Assembly: GCF_004010195.1 (NCBI RefSeq) | Contig: NC_057718.1 | Coordinates: 60,382,137-60,446,136, forward strand | Source: Chiloscyllium plagiosum | Lineage: Eukaryota | Length of the DNA stretch: 64,000 nt | Reading direction: 5' to 3' | In this document: piece by piece, positions 1-9,665 of the stretch | Numbering within the stretch: position 1 is the stretch's first letter | Layout: each line of letters begins with the position of its first letter | Program-made: the position numbers and the translations under genes | Notes under the pieces: generated by a model | Databases searched by the model: none | What the model was told of the DNA's origin: nothing | The model's input: only the letters and a program-made list of their open reading frames with translations

Positions 1-113
1 ATATGGGTCGGGTGCTGGCAGTTGGGACTAGATTGGGTTGGGATATCTGGTCGGCCTGGACGGGTTGGACCGAAGGGTTTGTTTCCATGCTGTACATCTC
101 TATGACTCTATGA
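1..113 (+). mobile_element. CR1 (HER1-like) LINE 3' end
   Basis: 3' UTR GGGACTAGATTGGGTTGGGATATCTGGTCGG...GGACCGAAGGG..TGTTTCCATGCTGTACATCTCTATGACTCTATGA; same as the 3' end of the CR1 at 8660-8754. Confidence 0.9.
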
Positions 114-575
114 TTAATTTGAAGAACAAAAATGGCAAACAAAGGTTTGGACAGAGGGAAGCCTTCTTAGTACAGACATTGATAATAATTGCAAATCATT
201 ATTTACTTTAGTGAGGGATACTTTTAGGACTGCCATTTTTGTTTGCAGACTCTCAGGTTTGTTAAAAGTGAGTGAGAGAGAAGAGTATAATATTTACTGC
301 CTCAGTATAGGTGTGTAATTAATTAGCATTTCTTGGATTTGCAACTTTAGCTCTTTTCTTTTAAATTTTAGAGCACTGTTAGAAATTTCTCTTAACTTGA
401 AATAAATAAAACTTTAAGCAGGAAAAAAAAAAGCTCTTTCTACTGGCTGGTCAATGACTATCTCCAGATGTCTACACTTATAGAAGCTGACAATTCTTTT
501 TGTCCTAATATACAGATGTCAAATTGATCTTCAACTAGTTTTCCAAGTATCTACCACCAAGACCTTGGAACCTTT

Positions 576-628
576 TAGTCATAGAATTATCGAGCATGGA
601 AACAGACCCTTCAGTCCAACCCATCCAT
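576..628 (-). mobile_element. CR1 LINE 3' tail fragment
   Basis: GTCATAGA..AGCATGGAAACAGACCCTTCAGTCCAACCCATCCAT is the reverse complement of the CR1 3' end. Confidence 0.75.
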
Positions 629-1039
629 TTTCTTTGTAGATTGCTGGTGCTGCAACTATGATGTGGATTTGCCTCCAGCTTATGTATCTTTATCTATTGT
701 GGCAATGCTTATGTTATTCCTCGTAATATCAGAAATTGGGCATGGATAAAATGGTATTGAAAAATCCAACAGACAGTTGTTATAGTTCATTATATATACA
801 AATATTACATTCTTAAGAATATCAGAGACTAGGCTATTCAGTTAAAAGAACAGCTTGCTTTCAATACTGCCTCATGCTTGAAACAATCCAAGTAAGATGG
901 GATCTGAGGCATATATACCCTCAGGTCACATACTGTGATATAATGATCATATCATTAGATCTCTGAAGCTGTACCAGTACACTGTGTCTTTCAAAGCTAT
1001 AATGGCATATTGACTATGAGACAGACCCAATTAACCTAC

Positions 1040-1515
1040 AGTAATGGATAAATTTTATCATTTTCATCCTTCTCTCCATGGCTTTACCCTTCCCTATTTC
1101 TATAAACCCTTCTAGTCCTATATTTCTGCACTTCTGTCCTCTTGAGCATCCCTTGCTTCCTTTACTCCTAATTTCTGATGGTGCATCATTAATCTAAAGT
1201 ATTAACTCTGTTTCACCCTTCAGATACTGCTGACTTTTTCCAAAAGATTTCCTTTCAATTTCTTCACTCCTGCATTGACAGCGGTGCTTTCCAATGTGTA
1301 GATTTTAAATTCTGGAATGATGTTCTTTAACCTCCCTGTCTGTTTACCTATCTCTATTCCTCAAGAGGTTGCAATAAGACTAAGATTATCTTGATTAAGA
1401 TTGGTCACCCATCCCAAAACTTTATTACATAGCTCGGTGTTAAAATGTATCTTAAGATCCACTTTACACTATTTCATTCTGTTAACCCTTCCCTATAAAT
1501 GCACGTTGCTGCTGT
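1040..1515 (+). mobile_element. Old L2 LINE 3' fragment (with a decayed Penelope pLTR piece at ~1175-1255)
   Basis: CCATGGC..CCCTTCCCTAT.TCT, TTCTGGAAT and the terminal TATAAATGCACGTTGCTGCTG resemble fish/shark L2 3' ends. Confidence 0.55.
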
Positions 1516-1782
1516 TTTCTGTGTGGTAAAATGCTACTACAGTTGACATTTTTGCTTATAACTCATGCAAGACTTCAAAAGTAATCTTAAAATAAAATTT
1601 TCTGTCTTCCAGCTGTACAATTAGGAGTGTGGTGGCATGTATGTGGATACACCAACAGCAGTGTGACTTCTAATTTACTGGTTTAATCAAAAGAGTGCAC
1701 GGGTACAGCTGGTGGCTACTTTTGACAAACCAGACACTTTTTCCTTTTGTAGTTCTGAGTTAGAACTGCACTTTTGTGGCTG

Positions 1783-2332
1783 TGCGAAACATTGGTTAGG
1801 CCACTTTTGGAATACTGTGCAATTCTAGTCTCCCTGCTATAGGGAGGATTTTGTGAAACTTGAAAGAGTTCAGAAAAGATTTACAAGGATGTTGCAATGG
1901 TTGGAGAGTTTCAGCTATAAGGAGGGGCTGACTAGTCTGGGGTTATTTTCCCTGAAATGTCTGAGGCTGAAGGGTGACTTTATTGAGATTTATGAAATCA
2001 TGAGGATAAATAGACAAGATCTTTTCTCCAAGGTAAGAGAGTCAAAAACTACAGGGCATAGTTTTAAGGTGAGAGGGGAAAGATTTAAAAGTGACCTAAG
2101 GGGCAACTTTTTCCATGCAGAGAGAGGTGGCTATATAGAATGAGCTGCCAGAGGAAGTGGTGGAGGCTCATATAACTGCAACATTTAAATGGGTATATGA
2201 ATAGGAAGGGTTTAGATGGATATGGACCAAATGCTGGCAAATGGGACTTGATTTATTTAGGATATCTGATCAGCATGGATGAGTTGGACCAATGGGTCAG
2301 TTTCTGTGCTGTGTAACTCTATGACCTTATGA
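1783..2332 (+). mobile_element. CR1 LINE 3' fragment (ORF2 C-terminus + 3' UTR)
   Basis: ORF 1853-2143 KLERVQKRFTRML...LGLFSL..RL.GD..E.Y.IM; ends CTCTATGACCTTATGA. Confidence 0.92.
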
Positions 2333-2339
2333 TTGTTGG

Positions 2340-2886
2340 TTATTGTCGGTGGTGGCAGCGGCAGTAGCATTGGCATCAAAGGCGGCTCTGATGTCAGCAC
2401 TATTTCAAGGGGTTACACACTTGTATTTGTTCAGGAAGGTTGTGGGCTTTGAGACTTCAATTGATTCCAAGATGGCTGCGACAGCAGTGAGGTGGGCTTA
2501 GCAGCAAGTGATGGTGCCAGAGCATGATTATTTCAACATTGTTGGTTCCGGTGATGGCGGCGATGGGGAAAAGGACTTGAAGCAATGACACGGTCGGTAG
2601 TTGCAGAAGTGGTAGTACCATGCCATTGATGAGTCCACCGCAGTTAGAGCTGGTGAGCCTGTGTCAAGACCCATGGTGGAGGCAGTGGCAAAGGTGACTG
2701 GGCCATTTTCTTTCTCTTTTGTTTCTGTTTCTTTAGTTTCAGCTCTTGTTTTTAACTCTGACTACTGTATTCTAAGATGGCGCCAGAGAAAGATTACTTT
2801 CTACACTTTTTATGGTACTCCTGTAGTCTTGTCCTCAGGTACTTGTGTCAATACAATAATCTAAAATCTAATATGATCTAATCTAT
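2340..2886 (+). mobile_element. Non-autonomous retroelement with L2/Rex-like 3' end and (ATCTA)n tail
   Basis: GGC/GCA-rich body, CTAAGATGGCGCC, ACACTTTT...GGTACTTGTGTCAATA, ATCTAAAATCTA tail; related copy at 49950-50730. Confidence 0.5.
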
Positions 2887-3409
2887 CTTTGAAAAAGACA
2901 ACGTTCTATATAAATGCCCAGTCAAATGCATTAAATGGTCCAAAGTTTAGTCCACTTACATGATTGAAAGTAAGCTAACACAGAAAGCTAAATCACTTTA
3001 AGTCCAAGTACAGCTTTAATTGCAATCAATCTTTGTCTCACTGAAACTTGATTATTGCGAATGCAAGCCTCAGGCTTTTACAACTTTAATTGATGATTAA
3101 ATCTCTCACAAATTTAAAACTCATTTAATTTTTCTTTTTCTTTATTAATTTTTCCCTCATTTTATTAATCTATTATTTTGTTCTCTCCCTTGATTTCTCT
3201 GCCTGACCATGATTTGGAATTGGATTCATGATTCCAACATACTCTTCCTTTTGCAGCTTTCATAAACCTGATTTGTCAAAGAGGAACCATCTCAGCCACT
3301 GAATGATGTGGGCCATGGATTATTGAATTCAAAAAGTAAACTCTGTGTTGTCTTCACAGATGCCGCAGTATTTGCATTTATTCATCAATTTCGGTTTTTG
3401 TGTGTTTGT

Positions 3410-4335
3410 GAACTTTAATGCAATTGACACCTTTCGCTGAAGATCTGAGTGAGATAGTTAACAGTCCATCCAAAAATGTGTCAAGGCTGTTACCATTTGT
3501 CACTTCCCTATCTTGTTTCCCCAGTCACCTTGTAGGAGAGGGTCAGTGCTGCAACCCAACAGTAGGCCTTGGCAATACAGCAAACTTCCCCTCAGTTTCG
3601 GGTCCAATAGGCTGTGCATAATTTGAATTTAGAGGGCCTTAACAGAATGCTGCTGAGTTCATTAATGAAAACAATTTTCAAATGATCTGTAATTATTGGT
3701 CACACATCTTAGAAGTCTGTGCCAGTTTCCCTGAGAGTTGTCATGATGCTTATGATTAGATTACTTACAGTGTGGAAACAGGCCCTTCGGCCCAACAAGT
3801 CCACACACCGACCCGCCGAAGCGCAACCCACCCAGACCCATTCCCCTACATTTATCCCTTCACCTAACACTACGGGCAATTTAGCATGGCCAATTCACCT
3901 AACCTGCATATATTTGGACTGTGGGAGGAAACCGGAGCACCCGGAGGAAACCCATGCAGATACGGGGAGAATGTGCAAACTCCACACGGTCAGTCGCCTG
4001 TGGTGGGAACTGAGCCCAGGTCTCTGGTGCTGTGAGGTAGCAGTGTTAACCACTGTGCCACTGTGCCGCCCACACACATTCCTGAGAACGCTCATGTATC
4101 TGCTGCACTTAAGGGACCAGTTTCCTTACAACGTGGCTATTTGGAGGACAAGAGCTACTCTCTGCAACTTTGGCTGATAACGTCATGACAGAACCTCCAT
4201 GACTAAAACAAAGCATAGCCACAATGCAGCCCATTCTACAGCAAGGCCACCACAGAAGAGATGTTAGCCCTGCTGAAAATGAGGTTGTGATGCTTGGATC
4301 ATTCTGAGGGTGTGGCCTTACAAAGCAGTCCAAAC
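3410..4335 (+). pseudogene. PIF/Harbinger (HARBI1-like, DDE_Tnp_4) transposase relic A, split by an HE1 SINE
   Basis: Collinear motifs across frames: NFNAIDTF / SIQKCVKAVT / GLGNTANFPSVSGPIGCA / AAEFIN / QMICNYWSHILEVCASFPESCHDAY / WLFG.DKSYSLQLWLIT / NAAHSTAR..TTEEMLALLKMRL*CLDHSEGVALQSSP. These match the HARBI1-type GFPxVxGAIDCTH, ARFPGSCHDAY, GDKGYPL, YNxAH and LLKMRFRCLDxSGGALQYSP. Confidence 0.85.
3754..4071 (-). mobile_element. HE1-type tRNA-derived SINE, full length
   Basis: Reverse complement begins GGGCGGCACAGTGGCACAGTGGTT (A box); has the TGTGTGGAGTTTGCAC..TCTCCCCG body and a CR1-like tail ending AATCTAATC. Confidence 0.95.
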
Positions 4336-4538
4336 ACTGGGACTTTAATCACACAGTTTTTATAACCTGTCATGCAAAATATGTTGAGTAAAATTGCTAG
4401 GGGCAAGTGTAACTCACGGTGCATGTCATTTTTGTTCTGCTGCAACAATATTTAGTTCATCATCGCCTTATATCGCGGCAAGGTAAAAACAGGAAAAAAA
4501 AGTACACCCAATATTATTGTGTTAAATATAACACAGTG

Positions 4539-4715
4539 TAGAGGAACCTCAATTATCTGGCATTTGATTGTCTGAATTCTGGATTATCCGAACAAGATCG
4601 CAAGTCCCAATGCTTGGCTAAACTGTATTATCTGGCATTTGATTATCCAAACATGCAATTAACAGAACAAAATGCTCCCTGCCCGCGTCATTCGGGTAAT
4701 CGAGGTTCCTTTGTA
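4539..4715. mobile_element. Tc1-mariner/pogo (Tigger-like) MITE
   Basis: Terminal inverted repeats TAGAGGAACCTCAATTATC ... GTAATCGAGGTTCCTTTGTA, TA at both ends, internal repeated ATTATCTGGCATTTGATT motif. Confidence 0.75.
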
Positions 4716-5357
4716 AATGTTTAGAATAAAAATGGTGTTTGTTTCAGTATGATTGCTTGACACCATTTGGTGTCGTTGTGTTATTGATCAAATAATTGTT
4801 ATGAAACACCTCTGGAGCAGGTGGGGCTACAAAATGGGCCTACAACTGCAACCAGATTATATGCAGTGACCAACTATGTGGGATACAAATCCTGGGCAAA
4901 GCAATCTTTACCAATTCATTGGCCATGACAAAGTAATTGTATTTACCTCTGTGGAGCAGAAGTAATCACGGATGACCTTAGAAGTGTCAATTGTGCACTA
5001 CAATGCACAAAGGCATTTCAAGGTCTCATAGACTGCATAGGTTCATGGGGTTGATTTCCTCTCACATTGAATTGTAAGCATTTGCTAACATGCTCTTAGA
5101 TGCATTGTTGACAGAAGTATCACGAATCTTTAAGTTCTGACCAAAGAAACGGGGGCCAAAGCACAAAATAGAAAAGCAAGGAAGGGATGATGTGAATATC
5201 AAAATAGGTACAAAAGGAGTGAGCACTACAAGAGTAAGCGAGGAGCCCTGAGATGCAACCTGGCCTAATCCATGAGCTGGGTACCTATCCTGTAGCAGTG
5301 TCCTTGCAGCAGCATTGCAATGAAAGTTGTCAGGGCATATCAGAGTCTTTTTATAAA

Positions 5358-5668
5358 TTCATTCATGGAACATGAGCATAAATGTGGAGGCCAACATTTA
5401 TTGCTTATCCCTAAATGCTAAGGGGATAGTTAAGAGTCAACCTCCTTCGTTGTTGGGATCACATGTCAATCAGACCAGATAAGGGCATTAGTCAAGCTGA
5501 CAGGTTTTTCCTGACAATTGGCAATGGTTTCATGGTCATCATTAGACTCCTAATTCCAGTGAGTTCAAATTTTTCCACATGCCATAGCAGGATTCAAACA
5601 TGAGTTGCTGAATATCCTTGAGTCTTTAGATTACTCATCCAATGATAATACCTCCAGACTATCATTCC
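5358..5668 (-). mobile_element. SacSINE1/DeuSINE-like SINE (degraded)
   Basis: Reverse complement matches the copy at 14833-15183, including the AGGGAT..GCAATAAATG.TGGCC tail. Confidence 0.7.
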
Positions 5669-6209
5669 CTTGATGTGCAGTGTTTAAGTGTTAACGGTAT
5701 GGTAAGCGAATCATAGATGTGCCAGAATGTCTGGGTGGGGCTGGCACATGCCAGATGCCAAGGTCTGCAGGGATGAAGTGCTGGCATTCATTACCTATGG
5801 AGTGTGCCCTGAGATGTTGATGCCTGGTGTCCAATGACAAGGTAAGCATACATTGAGCGGGCATCACAATGTAACCAATATAACTTTCAAGATGTGAACT
5901 TTTGGTGTCTTTTTTTATATGGTGTTTGGGAGAATGGAAAACTACATTTTAATGAGATGAGATTAGGTAATAATGAGATGTTATTATACGCAAATATGCT
6001 TCTCATTAAGCACTAGTGAGTACTTTTTCTTGGTTCAAAAATGGGATGTTTTGCTCCCAGAACTCCTTGTTGGATATCTCATTTGACTTTCCCAACATTC
6101 CCACTATGGCCTATGTAATTGAAGGGCTGGGCAGATTCTGCATGTCACCTTACTGCTTAAGATCAATTGCAATATTACAATTTAAGAATAATAGGGTGGT
6201 TATGGTAGG

Positions 6210-6335
6210 AGAAAGTGAGGTCTGCAGATGCTGGAGATCAGAGCTGGAAATGTGTTGCTGGAAAAGCGCAGCAGGTCAGGCAGCATCCAGGGAACTGGAG
6301 AATCGACGTTTCGGGCATAAGCCCTTCTTCAGGAA
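6210..6335 (-). mobile_element. Penelope-derived mini-element (pLTR) inserted in CR1
   Basis: TSD TATGGTAGG at 6201-6209 and 6336-6344; body GAAAGTGAGGTCTGCAGATGCTGGAGATCAGAG..GGAAAAGCGCAGCAGGTCAGGCAGCATC shared with other copies. Confidence 0.85.
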
Positions 6336-6336
6336 T
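6301..6336 (-). ncRNA. Minimal type-I hammerhead ribozyme motif (intact core)
   Basis: Minus strand reads attc-CUGAAGA-a-GGGC-uuau-GCCC-GAAA-C-GUC-gauu: both core boxes, a perfect 4-bp stem II, loopless stem III and a GUC cleavage triplet. Confidence 0.75.
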
Positions 6337-8767
6337 ATGGTAGGGTATTTTAACTTTTCAAACATAGACTGGGACTGCCATAGTATTAAGGGTTTAGATG
6401 GAGAGGAATTTGTTAAGCATGTACAAGACAATATTCTGATTCAGTATGTGGATGTACCTACTAGAGAAGGTGCAAAACTTGACCTACTCTTGGGAAATAA
6501 GGCAGGCAGGTGACTGAGGTGTCTGTGGGGGAGCACTTTAGGGCCAGCGACCATTAAACAATTAGTTTTTAAATAGTGATGAAAAGGATGGACCAGATCT
6601 AAAAGTTAAACTTCTAAACTGGACAAAGGCCAATTTTGATGGTATTAGGCAAGAACTTTCAAAAGTTGATTGGGAGCAGATGTTCACAGGTAAAGGGATG
6701 TCTGGAAAATGGGAAGCCTTCAAAAATTAGATAACAGGAGTCCAGAAATAGTATATTCCTGTTAGGTAAAAGGAAAGGCTGATAGGTGTACGGAATGCTG
6801 GACAACAAAAGAAATTGAAGGTTCGGTTAAGAAAAAGAACGAAACATATGTCAGGTATAGACAGGAAAGACCGAGTGAATCCTTAGAAGAGTATGAAGGC
6901 ATAGAAGTATAGGGAAATCAGGAAGGCAAAAAGGGGCCATGAGATAGCTTTGGCAAATAGAGTTAAGGAAAATCCAAAGGGATTTTGCAAATACATTAAG
7001 GACAGAATGGTAACCAGGAAGAGAATAGGGCCCCTCAAAGATCAGCAAGGCGGCCTTTGTGTGGAGTCATGCAAAATACTACATGAGTATTTTGCATCAG
7101 TATTTACTGTGGAAAAGGATATGGAAGATATAGAAATTGGGGTAATAGATGGTGACATCTTGAAAAATGTTCATATTAGAGAGGAGGAAGTGCTGGATGT
7201 CTTGAAATGCATAAAAATGGATAAATTCCCAAGACTTGATCAGGTGTACCCTGGAACTCCATGGGAAGCTAGGGAAGTGATTGCGGGGTCTTTTGCTAAG
7301 ATGTTTGTATCGTCGATGGTCACAAGTGAGGTGCCGGAAGACTGGAGGTTGGCTAATGTGGAGCCACTATTTAAGAAAGGTGGTAAGGACAAGCCAGGAA
7401 ACTATAGAGCAGTGAGCCTGATTTTGGTGATGGGCATGTTGTTGGAGGGAAGCCTGAGGGACAGGGTGCACATGTATTTGGAAATCAAGGACTAATTAGA
7501 GATAATCAACATGATTTTGTGCCTGGGAAATCATGTGTCACATGATTGAGTCTTTTGAAGAAGTAACAAAGAGGATTGATGAGGGCAGAGTGGTAGACCT
7601 GCTCTATATGGAATACCTCTGTAAGGTGTTTGAAAAGCTTCCCCAAAGGAGACTGGTTAGCAAGGTTAGATCTCATGAAATACAGGGAGAACTAGCCATT
7701 TGGATATGGAACTGGCTCAAATGTAGAAGACAGAGAGTGATAGTGGAGGGTTGTTTTTCAGACTGGAGGCCTGTGACCAGTGGAGTGCCACAAGGATCGG
7801 TGCTGGGTCCTCTACTTTTTGTCATTTACATAAATGATTTGGATGCAAGCATAAGAGATACAGTTAGTAGGTTTGCAGATGACACCAAAATTGGAGGTGT
7901 AGTGGACAGCGAAGGGGGTTACCTCAGATTACATCAGGATCTTGACCAGATGGGCCAATGGGTTGAGGAGTGGCAGATGGAGTTTAATTCAGACAAATGC
8001 GAGGTGCTGCATTTTGGGAAAGCAAATCAGAGCAGGACTTAAACACTTAATAGTAAGGTCCTAGGGAGTGTTGCTGAACAAAGAGACCTGGGAGTGCAGG
8101 TTCATAGCTCCTTGAAAGTGGAATCACAGGTAGATAGAATAATGAAGAAGGCATTTGGTATGCTTTCCATTATTGGTCAGAGCATTGAGTACAGGAGTTG
8201 GGAGGTCATGTTGCGGCTGTACAGGACATTAGTTAGGCCACTGTTGGAATATTGCGTGCAGTTTTGGTCTCCTTCCTATTGGAAAGATGTTGTGAAACTT
8301 GAAAGGGTTCAAAAAAGATTTACAAGGATGTTGCCAGGGTTGGAGGATTTGAGCTATAGGGAGAGGCTGAACAAGCTGGGGCTGTTTTCCTGGGAGCATG
8401 GGAGGTTTACAAAATTATGAGGGGCATGGATAAGGTAAATAAGCAAAGTCTTTTCCCTTAGGGTCAGGGAGTCCAGAATTAAGGGCAGAGGTTTAGGGTG
8501 AGAGGGGAAAGATATAAAAGACACCTAAGGGGCAACCTTTTCACACAGAGGGTGGTGCGTGTGTGGAATGGGCTGCCAGAGGAAGTGGTGGAGGCTAATA
8601 CAATGGCAACATTTAAAAGGCATCTGGATGGGCATATGAATAGGAAGGGTTTGGAGGGATATGGGCCGGGTACTGGTAGGTGGGACTAGATTGGGTTGGG
8701 ATATCTGGTCGGCATGGATGGGTTGGACCGAAGGGTCTGTTTCTGTGCTGTACAGTCAAATGCCTGT

Positions 8768-9665
8768 TATAGATTCTGAGTGTCAATAGAAATAGACCCT
8801 TTGATTCAACTCATCCATGCTGAATTGATGTCCTAAATTAACTTTGTTTCATTTTCCAGCAAATAGCCCATATCCCTCTAAACCCTTCAAATTCGTATAA
8901 CCATCCAGAAGCCTTTTAAATGTTGCAATTGCACAGTCTCCACCACTTCCTCTGGCAGCTCATTCCATACACACACCACCCTCTGCATGAAGAAATTACC
9001 CCTTAGGTCACTTTTAAATCTTTTCCCTTTTACCTTAAACCTATGACCTCTAGTTTTGGACTCCTATCCAAGACCTCAACTATTCAGCCTACCTAAGTCC
9101 CTCATGCTTTTATAAATCTCTTTAAGCTCACCCCTCAGTCTCTGGCAGTCCAGGGAAAACAGCCCCAACCTAGTCAGCCTCTCTGCCGATAGCTCAAACC
9201 ATCCAACCCTGGCAACATCCTTGTAAATCCTTTCTACACCCTTTCAAGTTTAACGACATCCTTCCTATAGAAGCGAGATCAGATTTAAACACAGGATTCC
9301 AAAAGTGGCCTAACTAATGTCCTGTACAGCCACAACATGATATCCCAACTGACTAATCACAGCAAACATACCACCAAAAACCTCCTTCACTATCCTGTCT
9401 ACCTGCAAACCCACCTTCAAGGAACTATGAACCTGCACTCCAAGGTCTCTTTGTTCGGCAACACTCCCTGGGACCCTACTATGATTTGCCTTACCAAAGT
9501 GCAACATCTCACATTTATCTAAATTAAATTCCATCTGCCACTCCTTAGCCCATCAGCCCATCAGATCAAGGCCCCGTTGTACTCTGAAATAACCTCTTCA
9601 CTGTCCACTACACCATCAATTTTGGTGTCACCTACAAGTTAACTAAACATCCCTCCTATACATTC
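8768..9665 (-). mobile_element. CR1 LINE 3' fragment, tail-to-tail with the preceding copy
   Basis: ORF 9310-9534 MEFNLDKCEMLHFGKAN..EQRDLGVQVHSSLKV; CR1 3' UTR at the left end. Confidence 0.92.

Larger units (their letters stand above)
6183..8754 (+). mobile_element. CR1 LINE, ~2.5 kb, 5'-truncated, frameshifted ORF2 (partial APE + RT)
   Basis: APE remnants (MVGYFNFSNIDW, PTREGAKLDLLL), [38 protein letters not shown] and FADDTK; several frameshifts and stops; CR1 3' UTR. Confidence 0.97.

Noticed and set aside
3719..4177. 152-aa ORF, and similar ORFs at 26931, 27037, 30781 and 40667
   Set aside because: These are translations of HE1 SINE sequence, not genes.
3410..4335. Host HARBI1 gene
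   Set aside because: Stops, frameshifts, a lost catalytic Asp and a SINE insertion show a transposon fossil.
6016..8689. Long ORFs as an active reverse transcriptase gene
   Set aside because: 5'-truncated CR1 with multiple frameshifts and stops and an insertion in the endonuclease.
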